This document shows, piece by piece, positions 27,926 through 36,529 of a stretch of 41,811 nt of DNA. Within the stretch, counting starts at the first letter, position 1. Every line of letters starts with the position of its first letter. Both the position numbers and the translations under genes were made by a program. This stretch comes from Chitinophagales bacterium (GTDB lineage: Bacteria; Bacteroidota; Bacteroidia; Chitinophagales; BACL12): contig JBBRGZ010000002.1 in assembly GCA_038223395.1 (NCBI GenBank), forward strand, positions 1 through 41,811. Reading direction: 5' to 3'. The notes beneath the pieces are model-generated. The model was not told where the DNA came from, ran no database searches, and worked only from the letters and a program-made list of their open reading frames with translations.

Positions 27926-29230
27926 ATGAAAATCTTCACAAAAATTAAAGGGAAAAATTTTCGGAAAATTGTTTCCTCATTGGTCTTGATCTTTTGTTTG
28001 CAAATAACAAATGCCCAGGTACCAACAGTACAACAACAATTATATATCACTTTTGGCGGCGGGTTAACCCAAGACTTATCACCAAATGCTTTTCCAATAA
28101 CAACAGTTGGTTCCCCCGCCCCTTGTACCGACAGATTTGGAAACCCAAATTGCGCACTCAGGTTATTTGGCGCCAATGATTTTTTAACCATTCCTTATAA
28201 TCCCGTTTTTGATATGATAAATCCAACGGATGCATATTCAATTAGTATGTGGTACAAAGGTCATACGGCTGCAATCGGCGACTTGGAAATGTTGTTTAAT
28301 AAAACAAATCCTTCAGCGGTTCCAGTACCCTCTGATTATCATTTATGTATTTATGATTTAAATAAACCATATCAAGGATATAATTTTTCACCTATTTCTA
28401 TTTTTCAACCAATAGCACCCGGTGCAGGTTGGCATCATTTAGTTGCGATGTATAGTGCAGGATTATGGTCATTATATGTTGATAATGTTCCTGCTTATAC
28501 CAATTATGCTGGACCTGTAGTTACTAGTTCGCTCGGAAGAATTCAAATTGGCGGCGGTTGGCCGGCCGGTGTTGGTTTTGTTGGCTGTATTGATGATATC
28601 GTTTTTTATAATAGTTTATTATCCGTTACTGCAATAAATCAATTGTATGTTGACGCAAATTCTTGTGCCTTTGTCTGCGGTTGCCCGATACCATCAGGAT
28701 TAACATTTGGAGGTTGTACAACACCAAACACTTCTCTATTGCAATGGACAGGAAACGCTTGTGCTTTAAATTATCAGGTTAGAATTAGAAATGTGACAGC
28801 TGCTACCGGATGGACAACCTATACCTCAATTCCTGCTAATTTTTCGTTGCCAACCATACCTGGTAATGTATATCAGTGGAAAGTGCGCTCACAATGCCCT
28901 AGTGCCGGAGCAATAACAAATTCTGCCTGGTCACCAAATAATAATTTCACAGCACTTGCATGCAGACTAGGCGATGAAGAAAATTTAATAGAAGAAACAT
29001 CCACGTTGGAGGTATATCCAAATCCTGCAAGTAATGAACTAACAATAGTTGCATTTTCTGATGATGCAAAAGTTACCATCATGGATATTTCAGGAAAAAT
29101 TGTTTTAGAAGAAACTATGATGAATTATACAAAAGTAATTTCGATAGAGCAATTAAATAATGGAATCTACTTTATTAAAATTGAAAGTGGTGACAGATCT
29201 GAAATCAAGAAGTTTGTTAAAATAGACTAA
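27926..29230 (+). CDS. Secreted LamG-like (concanavalin A-like lectin) plus Fn3-like protein with T9SS CTD; paralog of 36530..37840
   Basis: Signal peptide. Laminin_G_3-type motifs WHHLVAMY...LYVDN...GCIDDIVFYNSLLS. A CGCP.P.GL...CTTP.TS.L.WTGN.CA..YQV Fn3-like segment. C-terminus EVYPNPASNELTI...NGIYFIKIESG. Confidence 0.85.
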   Translation: MKIFTKIKGKNFRKIVSSLVLIFCLQITNAQVPTVQQQLYITFGGGLTQDLSPNAFPITTVGSPAPCTDRFGNPNCALRLFGANDFLTIPYNPVFDMINPTDAYSISMWYKGHTAAIGDLEMLFNKTNPSAVPVPSDYHLCIYDLNKPYQGYNFSPISIFQPIAPGAGWHHLVAMYSAGLWSLYVDNVPAYTNYAGPVVTSSLGRIQIGGGWPAGVGFVGCIDDIVFYNSLLSVTAINQLYVDANSCAFVCGCPIPSGLTFGGCTTPNTSLLQWTGNACALNYQVRIRNVTAATGWTTYTSIPANFSLPTIPGNVYQWKVRSQCPSAGAITNSAWSPNNNFTALACRLGDEENLIEETSTLEVYPNPASNELTIVAFSDDAKVTIMDISGKIVLEETMMNYTKVISIEQLNNGIYFIKIESGDRSEIKKFVKID

Positions 29231-29246
29231 AAATTAAAAAATTGAT

Positions 29247-29290
29247 AATTGCCGGTTTAATAAGTAATTTTATTAAACCGGCAATTTGTA
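29247..29290 (+). terminator. Long perfect hairpin terminator
   Basis: 17-bp perfect inverted repeat aattgccggtttaataa / ttattaaaccggcaatt with a 6-nt loop. The T tract is weak. Confidence 0.6.
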
Positions 29291-29357
29291 ATTGTAATAA
29301 TAATTCTGGTGAGTTTTTTATTAGCATTCCAACATGGTTTCTTATATGTTCAATGCA

Positions 29358-29387
29358 ACCGGTTGTACATCATTTTTAGCCGCTTAT
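29358..29387 (+). promoter_or_regulatory. Candidate LytTR box B: ACCGGTTGT-N12-GCCGCTTAT, upstream of the response-regulator operon
   Basis: Two imperfect 9-bp direct repeats with a 12-bp spacer. They start 62 nt upstream of a -7-like box (TATCTTTA at 29420-29427) and overlap the 10-bp palindrome caaccggttg (29356-29365). Confidence 0.45.
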
Positions 29388-29419
29388 CCAATAACAAGTA
29401 GAAATCAAATGAAGCTGAG

Positions 29420-29427
29420 TATCTTTA
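29420..29427 (+). promoter_or_regulatory. Candidate -7 box TATCTTTA (7 of 8 match) for the RR-HK operon
   Basis: Lies 25 nt upstream of the ATG at 29453. Confidence 0.3.
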
Positions 29428-29452
29428 CCTATGAACATCTAAATTTTAAATT

Positions 29453-30235
29453 ATGGCACTGAAATGTTTGATTGTGGACGATGAAATACCAGCCCAAAAA
29501 GTGTTGTCGAATATGCTAACGGAATTCTGCCCTTCAGTAATAATTGCCGGTGTGGCAAACTCATCAGAAGAAGCCAGAAAATTACTTTCAACAAATGAAA
29601 TTGACCTTATTTTTTTAGATGTTAATATGCCAAAAGAGTCGGGATTTGCTCTTTTAAATTCTATTGAAAAACATAAATATACTGTTGTTTTTGTTACAGG
29701 AAATCAAGAATATGCTCTTAAAGCTCTAAAAGCGAGTGCAGTTGATTTTTTATTAAAACCGGTTGATATTTCTGAACTGCAAGAAGCAATAAAAAAAGTG
29801 GAGATTTTTCAATCCCTAAGAAATCAAAACATCCAATTGAACAAAGATTACATTACCTCAGTAAACAACCTAACCGAAAATTTAATTGAACAACAGGCAA
29901 TTTCAAGACTTACACTGCATCATTTACAGGGGTTTAAAATAATTTCTGTTGACGATATTATTTACCTTGAAGCAGATGGCAATTACACAATATTCCATAT
30001 GCAGAATAGCGAAAAAATTGTTGTGAGTAGAGGTATAAGGGAGTATGATCAATTACTAGATCCTGACATCTATTTGCGCGTGCACAAATCGTTTTTAATT
30101 AATTTAAATTATTTAAAAGAGTATTCCACTGTTGATGGATATTTTGCATTGATGCAAGATGGTGCCAGTATTGTTGTTAGCAGACGTCGTGTCGATTATT
30201 TTCTAGATAAAGTAAAACAATTTAGTTTACGTTAA
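29453..30235 (+). CDS. LytTR-family response regulator (REC plus LytTR DNA-binding domain)
   Basis: The REC domain has the acidic pocket VDDE and the phospho-acceptor context LIFLDVNMP. The C-terminal segment LRVHKSFLINLNYL...VVSRRRVDYF is typical of LytTR. Confidence 0.9.
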   Translation: MALKCLIVDDEIPAQKVLSNMLTEFCPSVIIAGVANSSEEARKLLSTNEIDLIFLDVNMPKESGFALLNSIEKHKYTVVFVTGNQEYALKALKASAVDFLLKPVDISELQEAIKKVEIFQSLRNQNIQLNKDYITSVNNLTENLIEQQAISRLTLHHLQGFKIISVDDIIYLEADGNYTIFHMQNSEKIVVSRGIREYDQLLDPDIYLRVHKSFLINLNYLKEYSTVDGYFALMQDGASIVVSRRRVDYFLDKVKQFSLR

Positions 30236-30259
30236 TAAAAGTAGAATAAGCCAACAATC

Positions 30260-31456
30260 ATGAATCCAATTGATGTAGTTATCACTAAAATTAATACTTT
30301 TCGAATCTATTTATATTTTTTCATTGCGGTTTGCATGTTTGTTCCGAAATCAATTTTTAGCCAGGAGCCAATACCTCCAAAGCTTATAATTAAGTCGTTT
30401 AATGTTAACAATATTGAGCAAAAATATGATTCTGTCCACAAATTAAAAACTACCGAAAATAATATTCGCATTATTTACGAGGGTATTGACTTGACATTTT
30501 CAGGCGAGGTAACTTATGAATTTAAATTAAAGGAAGCTAATCAGTGGCAAAGTACAAAAGAAACAACTTTAAATCTTCCTGCGCTTACTCCTGGATCATA
30601 TACATTTATGCTCCGTGCAAAAATTCCTGCCTCAAAATGGTCATCAACAGAAATTATTGAGTTTGATATACAAAGGCCACTTTACAAACAATTGTGGTTC
30701 ATTGTGTTTTCTTTAACGCTCATTATAGGATCCATTTCTTACCTAATCTATACGAGGAATAAAAACTATTTAAATAAACAAAGAAATGAATTGATATTGC
30801 AACAAAAAATGAATGAAATGGAAACCCAAGCGAAGCAGGCTATGATGAATCCGCATTTTGTTTTTAATGCCCTTAACTCTATTCAGCAATATATGCAGGA
30901 AAATGATAAGCAAGCTGTAAATAGATATTTGACCAAATTTAGTAGATTAATCAGGATGAATCTCGACCTTGCAACACGAAGATACATAACTCTAGAGGAA
31001 GAATTTGAAAAGCTAAAGTTGTATCTTGAAATTGAACAACTCAGATTTGGCGATAAATTAACTTTCGATTTTTCAATTGAAGGAAATCTCGAAATAGATG
31101 TAATTAATATACCAAGCATGATATTGCAGCCATTTGTTGAAAATGCAATTTGGCATGGAATAATGCCTTCCGTAATTATTGGCCATATTAAAGTTACCGC
31201 CGGAAGTGTTAATAATGAAAGGACTTTGCGTTTGCAGGTAATTGATAATGGTATTGGTATAAACAACTCCAAAAACCTGTCTAAAGCTAGAAATCATAAA
31301 AGTTTGGGTATGCAGATTACAATAGACCGGATTAATTTATTTAGCAAACAACATAATGCAGAAGGCCTTGTATTAGTTACAGAAAATACGGAAAGCTCTG
31401 GAACAATTGTAACCATTGAAATGCCCTTAGTTTACGAAAAAATATATTCAAATTAG
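30260..31456 (+). CDS. LytS/YehU-type sensor histidine kinase with an extracytoplasmic Y_Y_Y-like/Ig-like sensor domain
   Basis: Layout is TM1, ~110-aa extracytoplasmic domain, TM2. The H-box region QAMMNPHFVFNALNSIQ is of the PF06580 type. HATPase motifs FVENAIWHG and DNGIGI are present. Confidence 0.88.
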   Translation: MNPIDVVITKINTFRIYLYFFIAVCMFVPKSIFSQEPIPPKLIIKSFNVNNIEQKYDSVHKLKTTENNIRIIYEGIDLTFSGEVTYEFKLKEANQWQSTKETTLNLPALTPGSYTFMLRAKIPASKWSSTEIIEFDIQRPLYKQLWFIVFSLTLIIGSISYLIYTRNKNYLNKQRNELILQQKMNEMETQAKQAMMNPHFVFNALNSIQQYMQENDKQAVNRYLTKFSRLIRMNLDLATRRYITLEEEFEKLKLYLEIEQLRFGDKLTFDFSIEGNLEIDVINIPSMILQPFVENAIWHGIMPSVIIGHIKVTAGSVNNERTLRLQVIDNGIGINNSKNLSKARNHKSLGMQITIDRINLFSKQHNAEGLVLVTENTESSGTIVTIEMPLVYEKIYSN

Positions 31457-31534
31457 TATATTTACCATGCCCCTTAAAACAAAAACCTTTTTTAACCACG
31501 AATGCATTTTTAATAAACAAATAAACCACTTGTT

Positions 31535-33088
31535 ATGAAACACACATTAATTATTTTTTTAATTATCGCATTTTCCTTTATTTCAATTTCAGCAACTAAC
31601 TGCCCAAATTATTGTTTAACCGGTGCTATTACCTCCAATTCAAACGTTTATACACTCGCATATTCGGGAAATTCAGGTTGTTCGGTAAATGGGTGGCGTG
31701 CAAGTAGTAGTTTTTCGTCTGAAAATTATTTAGTTAGATGGGTTTTTGCTGATGGTGGAAATACCTTTGTTACAAGCACTGCAAATTCTGCCAATTTATC
31801 AGTAAATAGTACTCAGCCTGTCGCTTTTGCAAATGCTGTTAATACTTATGGGGATGATGATGATGCAGGAATTGTTGCCGGAGGTGGATCAAATGGTAAT
31901 TTACCGTCGGGGTTAAGTGTAAATTCTTTCCCTTCATCTCAAAACAATATCATTGGCAACCAATTAATTAAAATTACTTCAGCACATACCACCAATAAAG
32001 CTGCAAAATGCAACCAGGTAATGCTGATAATAACTATAAATAATGAAATATTGGAAGATGGCCGTCCAGGAATCAGTGAAAATAATTTGCGTTTGCACCT
32101 TTTTCACAATACACAGGTAAATAAAATTACTTTTCTTTCACCGAGTCAATCATCTCATTATTTTGCGTTTGCAAATGTGAATAATTCAAATAATTTTACC
32201 TATAATAGTTTAAATAAAGTAGCAACTTGGGATATCAATAATAATTTTTCCGGAGCTGAGAAAAACATTTATTGTTTGTTAGATCTTACTGATAATTTTA
32301 ACTCGTTAGATCTTGAAAAAGTAACCTTCACAGCCGTTTTAACAAATACAAATAATGCTCCCATAAATAGCAGTACAGGTATTGATAATTACGATCTCTT
32401 TGTAGGGTCGTCGTATGATCCCAATATTATTTCTGTAGATAAACAAACTACATTAACCTGCGGTGAGTCAGGTCCTGAGGAATATATTTATACTATACAA
32501 TTTCAAAATATTGGCTCCTCTGCAGCGGATTCCGTATTTATCAACCTTGAAACCGATAAGGCTATTGATCCTAAATCCATAACTGTTTTAGAAGCGGTTA
32601 TTGGAAATGGCACAAACCTATATTCAAATAATACGCAACTTTATAAAGATTGTAATTTTACAAATCCAACCCAAAAATTTAGTTATTCCAGAAATAATAT
32701 AAAAACAACAAACCCACCACATTTAGGAAATGTGGAACCAAATATTTCATTCAAATTCAAGAATATCACATTAGATGGGCTAAATAATCCCGATGTAAGC
32801 GCTTCTATTGGTTATGTAAAATTTAAAGCTAAAACTAAACTACCCTTTTCATCATTAAATAATAGAGCCGGAATATTTTTCGACAACAATAGTGAAATAA
32901 TTACAAATCTGGCGATTACAAAATGCCTTGATAAAAGTGTCGTAAACATGAATACCAATGAGAGCAATGATAATTGTGACCACAATAAAAATTGTTGGAT
33001 TTGTTGGTTGGGCTGGATTGTTGCATTAATACTGTTTGTTATATTAATAATAAAACGCCGAAAAAATGCGCGCCTTGTAAATAATTAA
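31535..33088 (+). CDS. Secreted beta-sandwich (DUF11/CARDB-like) protein with a C-terminal TM helix plus basic tail instead of a T9SS CTD
   Basis: Signal peptide. The segment DPNIISVDKQ...YIYTIQFQNIGSSAADSVFINLETDKAIDP resembles the conserved-repeat (TIGR01451-like) domain common in Bacteroidota surface proteins. The C-terminus is CWICWLGWIVALILFVILIIKRRKNARLVNN. Confidence 0.7.
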   Translation: MKHTLIIFLIIAFSFISISATNCPNYCLTGAITSNSNVYTLAYSGNSGCSVNGWRASSSFSSENYLVRWVFADGGNTFVTSTANSANLSVNSTQPVAFANAVNTYGDDDDAGIVAGGGSNGNLPSGLSVNSFPSSQNNIIGNQLIKITSAHTTNKAAKCNQVMLIITINNEILEDGRPGISENNLRLHLFHNTQVNKITFLSPSQSSHYFAFANVNNSNNFTYNSLNKVATWDINNNFSGAEKNIYCLLDLTDNFNSLDLEKVTFTAVLTNTNNAPINSSTGIDNYDLFVGSSYDPNIISVDKQTTLTCGESGPEEYIYTIQFQNIGSSAADSVFINLETDKAIDPKSITVLEAVIGNGTNLYSNNTQLYKDCNFTNPTQKFSYSRNNIKTTNPPHLGNVEPNISFKFKNITLDGLNNPDVSASIGYVKFKAKTKLPFSSLNNRAGIFFDNNSEIITNLAITKCLDKSVVNMNTNESNDNCDHNKNCWICWLGWIVALILFVILIIKRRKNARLVNN

Positions 33089-33124
33089 TATTTTTCATTG
33101 ATTAGAATTTGCTAATTTTACTAA

Positions 33125-34486
33125 ATGAAGTGTATTTGTGCAGTGATGTATTTTACTTTTTGCCTGCTTTTTTATTCATGTGCAAAAAAAACAAATCAGG
33201 AAGTATATCATGCGGATCCAATTGAAATTGCAAATTTTAAAAAAGAAATAGATATAAACTTATCGGACAAGGATTATAAAAAATATATTAATAACCAATT
33301 AGCACTTGCTGAAATTTATAAAAAATCAGATTCTTTGGGAGTTTGGTTATATTGTTATGACAGAATTATAAAAGTTAGCCGGGATAACATTTCATTAGAT
33401 ACAGCAATATTTTTTTATAAATATGTAAACGATAACATCTGGCGAAATCCCAACGATTCTGCTAGTATAGAAAATTTAGCTTGGATACATCGTCAAATTG
33501 CTTTTGAATTAGGCCCTAAATTGCACCAATGGGCAAAGTGCATCCCGTATTATCAGCAGGGAATTGATTTAATAGATGAAGGTAATTCATGGACCTCCGA
33601 TAAAGCAATTAAGTTTTTAAAACCTTGCGGCAGCGCATTTACCCGATTAGGAGAACCACAAAAAGCGATTAGCTATTTAAAACGAAGCTATGAAATTTGT
33701 CGTATAAATAACGATACATTAAGTATGTTAAAGTCGTTAAATGATCTGGGTATTGCATATTCCGATGTAACAAATTATCACGAGGCATTTACAACATTCA
33801 GAAATGCATTAAAAATTAATTCCCTTAACAACTTTCCCGAGGAAAAGATAGAAACCATTTCACACATGATTACTTTATTTCTAAGCGAAAAACAAGCTGA
33901 TTCCGTGGTAATTTATTTAAATCAATTTAAGAAGATTATTGATTCTTACGAAACAGAGAAAGATGACATTGGCGATTATTACGATAAAATGGCGGGTCTC
34001 AAAGTATTAGAAAATGATTTTAAAGATGCTGAACAGAATTATAAAATAAGTATTCAATACTTTTTACAAAGTGACGAAAGCCGGAACCGCGAGGCTGCTA
34101 AAGTTTGCATTGAGCTTGGAAACTGTTATAAAAACGCAATGAAATTTCAGGAAGCACTCAATGCGTTTCAACAGGCATTAGTTTTATCTATTACTAATTA
34201 TAATGAAGAAGATGTAACACAATCTTTGCCTGAACATTTTTATTATCCGGAGAATGTTATAATGGAAGCAAGTTTAGGTAAAGCAGAAACTTATTTTTCA
34301 AAATATCAAATCGAATCACAACCAAAAGATCTTTCCTTTGCTATTGTATTTTACAAAGATGCCATTCGAGCAAGCGAAGTAATTTTAGACAGTTATGAAC
34401 TTGAATCATCAAAAATAAAATTTAAGGAAAAAACTGCTGAAATCCATGAAAAACTGAATACTGCAATAATTTTGTTGAATCAGTAA
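33125..34486 (+). CDS. TPR-repeat lipoprotein
   Basis: Lipobox-like LLFYSC. Multiple TPR-like helical pairs, for example AISYLKRSYEI...LNDLGIAYSD..NYHEAFTTFRNALKI. Confidence 0.65.
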   Translation: MKCICAVMYFTFCLLFYSCAKKTNQEVYHADPIEIANFKKEIDINLSDKDYKKYINNQLALAEIYKKSDSLGVWLYCYDRIIKVSRDNISLDTAIFFYKYVNDNIWRNPNDSASIENLAWIHRQIAFELGPKLHQWAKCIPYYQQGIDLIDEGNSWTSDKAIKFLKPCGSAFTRLGEPQKAISYLKRSYEICRINNDTLSMLKSLNDLGIAYSDVTNYHEAFTTFRNALKINSLNNFPEEKIETISHMITLFLSEKQADSVVIYLNQFKKIIDSYETEKDDIGDYYDKMAGLKVLENDFKDAEQNYKISIQYFLQSDESRNREAAKVCIELGNCYKNAMKFQEALNAFQQALVLSITNYNEEDVTQSLPEHFYYPENVIMEASLGKAETYFSKYQIESQPKDLSFAIVFYKDAIRASEVILDSYELESSKIKFKEKTAEIHEKLNTAIILLNQ

Positions 34487-34629
34487 CTCCTCATATTGTT
34501 CAATATCATTTTAAACTGAACTACCATTTGCAGAGCTACCAGCAAGCCTATCTAAATCTTTTCGGAATATTAAGCGTGTTTATTCTGAAATTTATTGAAT
34601 GTTTGATATTAACACAAACAATTTTCTCT

Positions 34630-34659
34630 ACCAATTGTACACTCAAGTCTACCTATTAA
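34630..34659 (+). promoter_or_regulatory. Candidate LytTR box C: ACCAATTGT-N12-ACCTATTAA
   Basis: Two ACCnnTTnn direct repeats with a 12-bp spacer. The array starts 62 nt upstream of the exact -7 box at 34692, the same offset as box B. Confidence 0.45.
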
Positions 34660-34691
34660 ATAATGATGCTTATTCGCCATTAATCTAAATC

Positions 34692-34699
34692 TACTTTTG
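34692..34699 (+). promoter_or_regulatory. Candidate -7 box TACTTTTG for the 34762 gene
   Basis: Exact TAnnTTTG match 62 nt upstream of the ATG. Confidence 0.4.
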
Positions 34700-34761
34700 G
34701 TTTAGAAACAAGGAGTTAGCCGAAAATCCTTTTAAGAGTAAGCATTAAAATCTTTATAAAA

Positions 34762-36465
34762 ATGAAAACGTATGCAACAATTATTATCCTAATGATGATA
34801 ATCACACAGCCTGTTAAAGCTGAATTCATTCCATACTCTCCATTTCCTTTTTGGGTATATCCGTCAAACAATATCCAGGTTTTACAATCAACCAAAAATA
34901 AACATTATGATGGGGCTTATCCAAATTCCATTCAACTATTAGATAATGGTGGGACCAATTTTGGGTTTATTTCATTTGGCTTTGAACCACATTATTTGAG
35001 TGCATATCCCGAAACTTGGGGCCTGCCTGTAAGTTATGCATCAGGTTACATGGATGATTGGGACGACGAACATGTTATTTATTTAATGAACCCTTCAATC
35101 GGATACATTAATCCATATCCAAAAATAGAGGGAGTATATAATTGGACACTTGATATTTATGGTTATGATATAATCCCTTCAGTACCTCATATTTCAGCAT
35201 CAGTTTTAGGGCTTGCTATGGGAATTAGAATATCACCATCAATATATAGATATGGAGTTGCTGCATATTCCTATCTCAACCCTTCAAATGTTTTAAAATT
35301 TGGAATGAAGATATTTGCATATGATAATACATATTTATATTATCCTAATGATTTAGAGTTGCATGATATACAAATGCCCCAGTTTAATATTAATACACAG
35401 ATAATAGATATTATTTGTTTACAAAATTCTTATTGCATTATTTCTAAAAATAGTTCAAACTCTTCAAAATACCGCATAGACACTTATGATTATAACGGCA
35501 ATTATTATGGATTTGCCTATAGAAGAATGGCGGGAACCACTATGAACTATTCAAAATTTTCATTTATACATGAAGGAGATTATTTCATTACAATTGCAGA
35601 AACAAATGATGGAATAAATAATAAACCATTTATTGACAAAATATATATTGACCCTACTACCCATGTGCTTACAACAGGAACAACAAATCCGGCATCATTA
35701 AATATACCGGGATCTAACAGTGTTAATTTTACCGGCAAGTTTGAGCTTTTCAATACCTCTCAAATACTTATTGAAGGTTATGTACCGGCAACTAATAAAA
35801 GAGTTATTTATGCCATTAATAAAAACTCCTTTACTGGAACTTCATTTATTCAGGAAAGACAAGTTTTAAATAATAATGAGCCATTTATGTTCCTGCATGC
35901 AATTACTAGCCTCGATTATATGAGAACCTATTCCATTGATGTTGCTGATGAGATAATAATTAAAAATTATGAAATGTCATTTAGTCCATTTCAAATAATC
36001 CCTAGCCCAACTTGTTTTATAAGCGCCGAAATTGCTGAGCCCAATTTTCCACTTCCACCTAATACATTAGACTATTATTTGACAGGTGCAATCCAAATAG
36101 TGGGTGCATTTGAAAGTAATGGTTTGATACTAAATTCACTTGCCTTAAATCAATCACTCATATTACAGGCAGATTATGATTTTATTACCTGCTCCGGATA
36201 CAAATCAATTGAACCAGAAACAATTGAATCCATTGAAAAAATAGAAATTTATCCAAACCCGGCAAATGACCATTTGACAATAGAATCTTTTTCCAATAAC
36301 TCATTAATAACCATTTACGACCTCTCCGGTAAAATATGCATGGATTTACAAATGCTGGATTATAAAATGGAAATTCCAATTGATCATCTTCAAAATGGTA
36401 TTTACATCATTAAAATAGACAGTGGAAATTCTTCTGAAATACAAAAATTTGTAAAACAAGATTGA
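34762..36465 (+). CDS. Secreted protein of unknown function with T9SS CTD
   Basis: Signal peptide (..QPVKA/EF). I recognise no family in the ~490-aa body. C-terminus EIYPNPANDHLTIESF...NGIYIIKIDSG. Confidence 0.8.
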   Translation: MKTYATIIILMMIITQPVKAEFIPYSPFPFWVYPSNNIQVLQSTKNKHYDGAYPNSIQLLDNGGTNFGFISFGFEPHYLSAYPETWGLPVSYASGYMDDWDDEHVIYLMNPSIGYINPYPKIEGVYNWTLDIYGYDIIPSVPHISASVLGLAMGIRISPSIYRYGVAAYSYLNPSNVLKFGMKIFAYDNTYLYYPNDLELHDIQMPQFNINTQIIDIICLQNSYCIISKNSSNSSKYRIDTYDYNGNYYGFAYRRMAGTTMNYSKFSFIHEGDYFITIAETNDGINNKPFIDKIYIDPTTHVLTTGTTNPASLNIPGSNSVNFTGKFELFNTSQILIEGYVPATNKRVIYAINKNSFTGTSFIQERQVLNNNEPFMFLHAITSLDYMRTYSIDVADEIIIKNYEMSFSPFQIIPSPTCFISAEIAEPNFPLPPNTLDYYLTGAIQIVGAFESNGLILNSLALNQSLILQADYDFITCSGYKSIEPETIESIEKIEIYPNPANDHLTIESFSNNSLITIYDLSGKICMDLQMLDYKMEIPIDHLQNGIYIIKIDSGNSSEIQKFVKQD

Positions 36466-36529
36466 GAAGAATATCATTAATAATTAATAATTTATAACCT
36501 GCCAGATTCGGCAAATTAAAATAACCAAT

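Noticed and set aside
31525-31534. CCACTTGTTA, immediately before the 31535 ATG, resembles the LytTR half-site.
   Set aside because: It abuts the start codon, leaving no room for a promoter, and it has no partner 21 bp away. It is probably a chance match.
33125-34486. The TPR protein might be a truncated TPR-CHAT protein whose protease domain was lost in the 275-bp gap that follows.
   Set aside because: I could find no CHAT-like remnant in 34487-34761 by eye. Box C and a promoter occupy that gap. The idea rests only on general resemblance.
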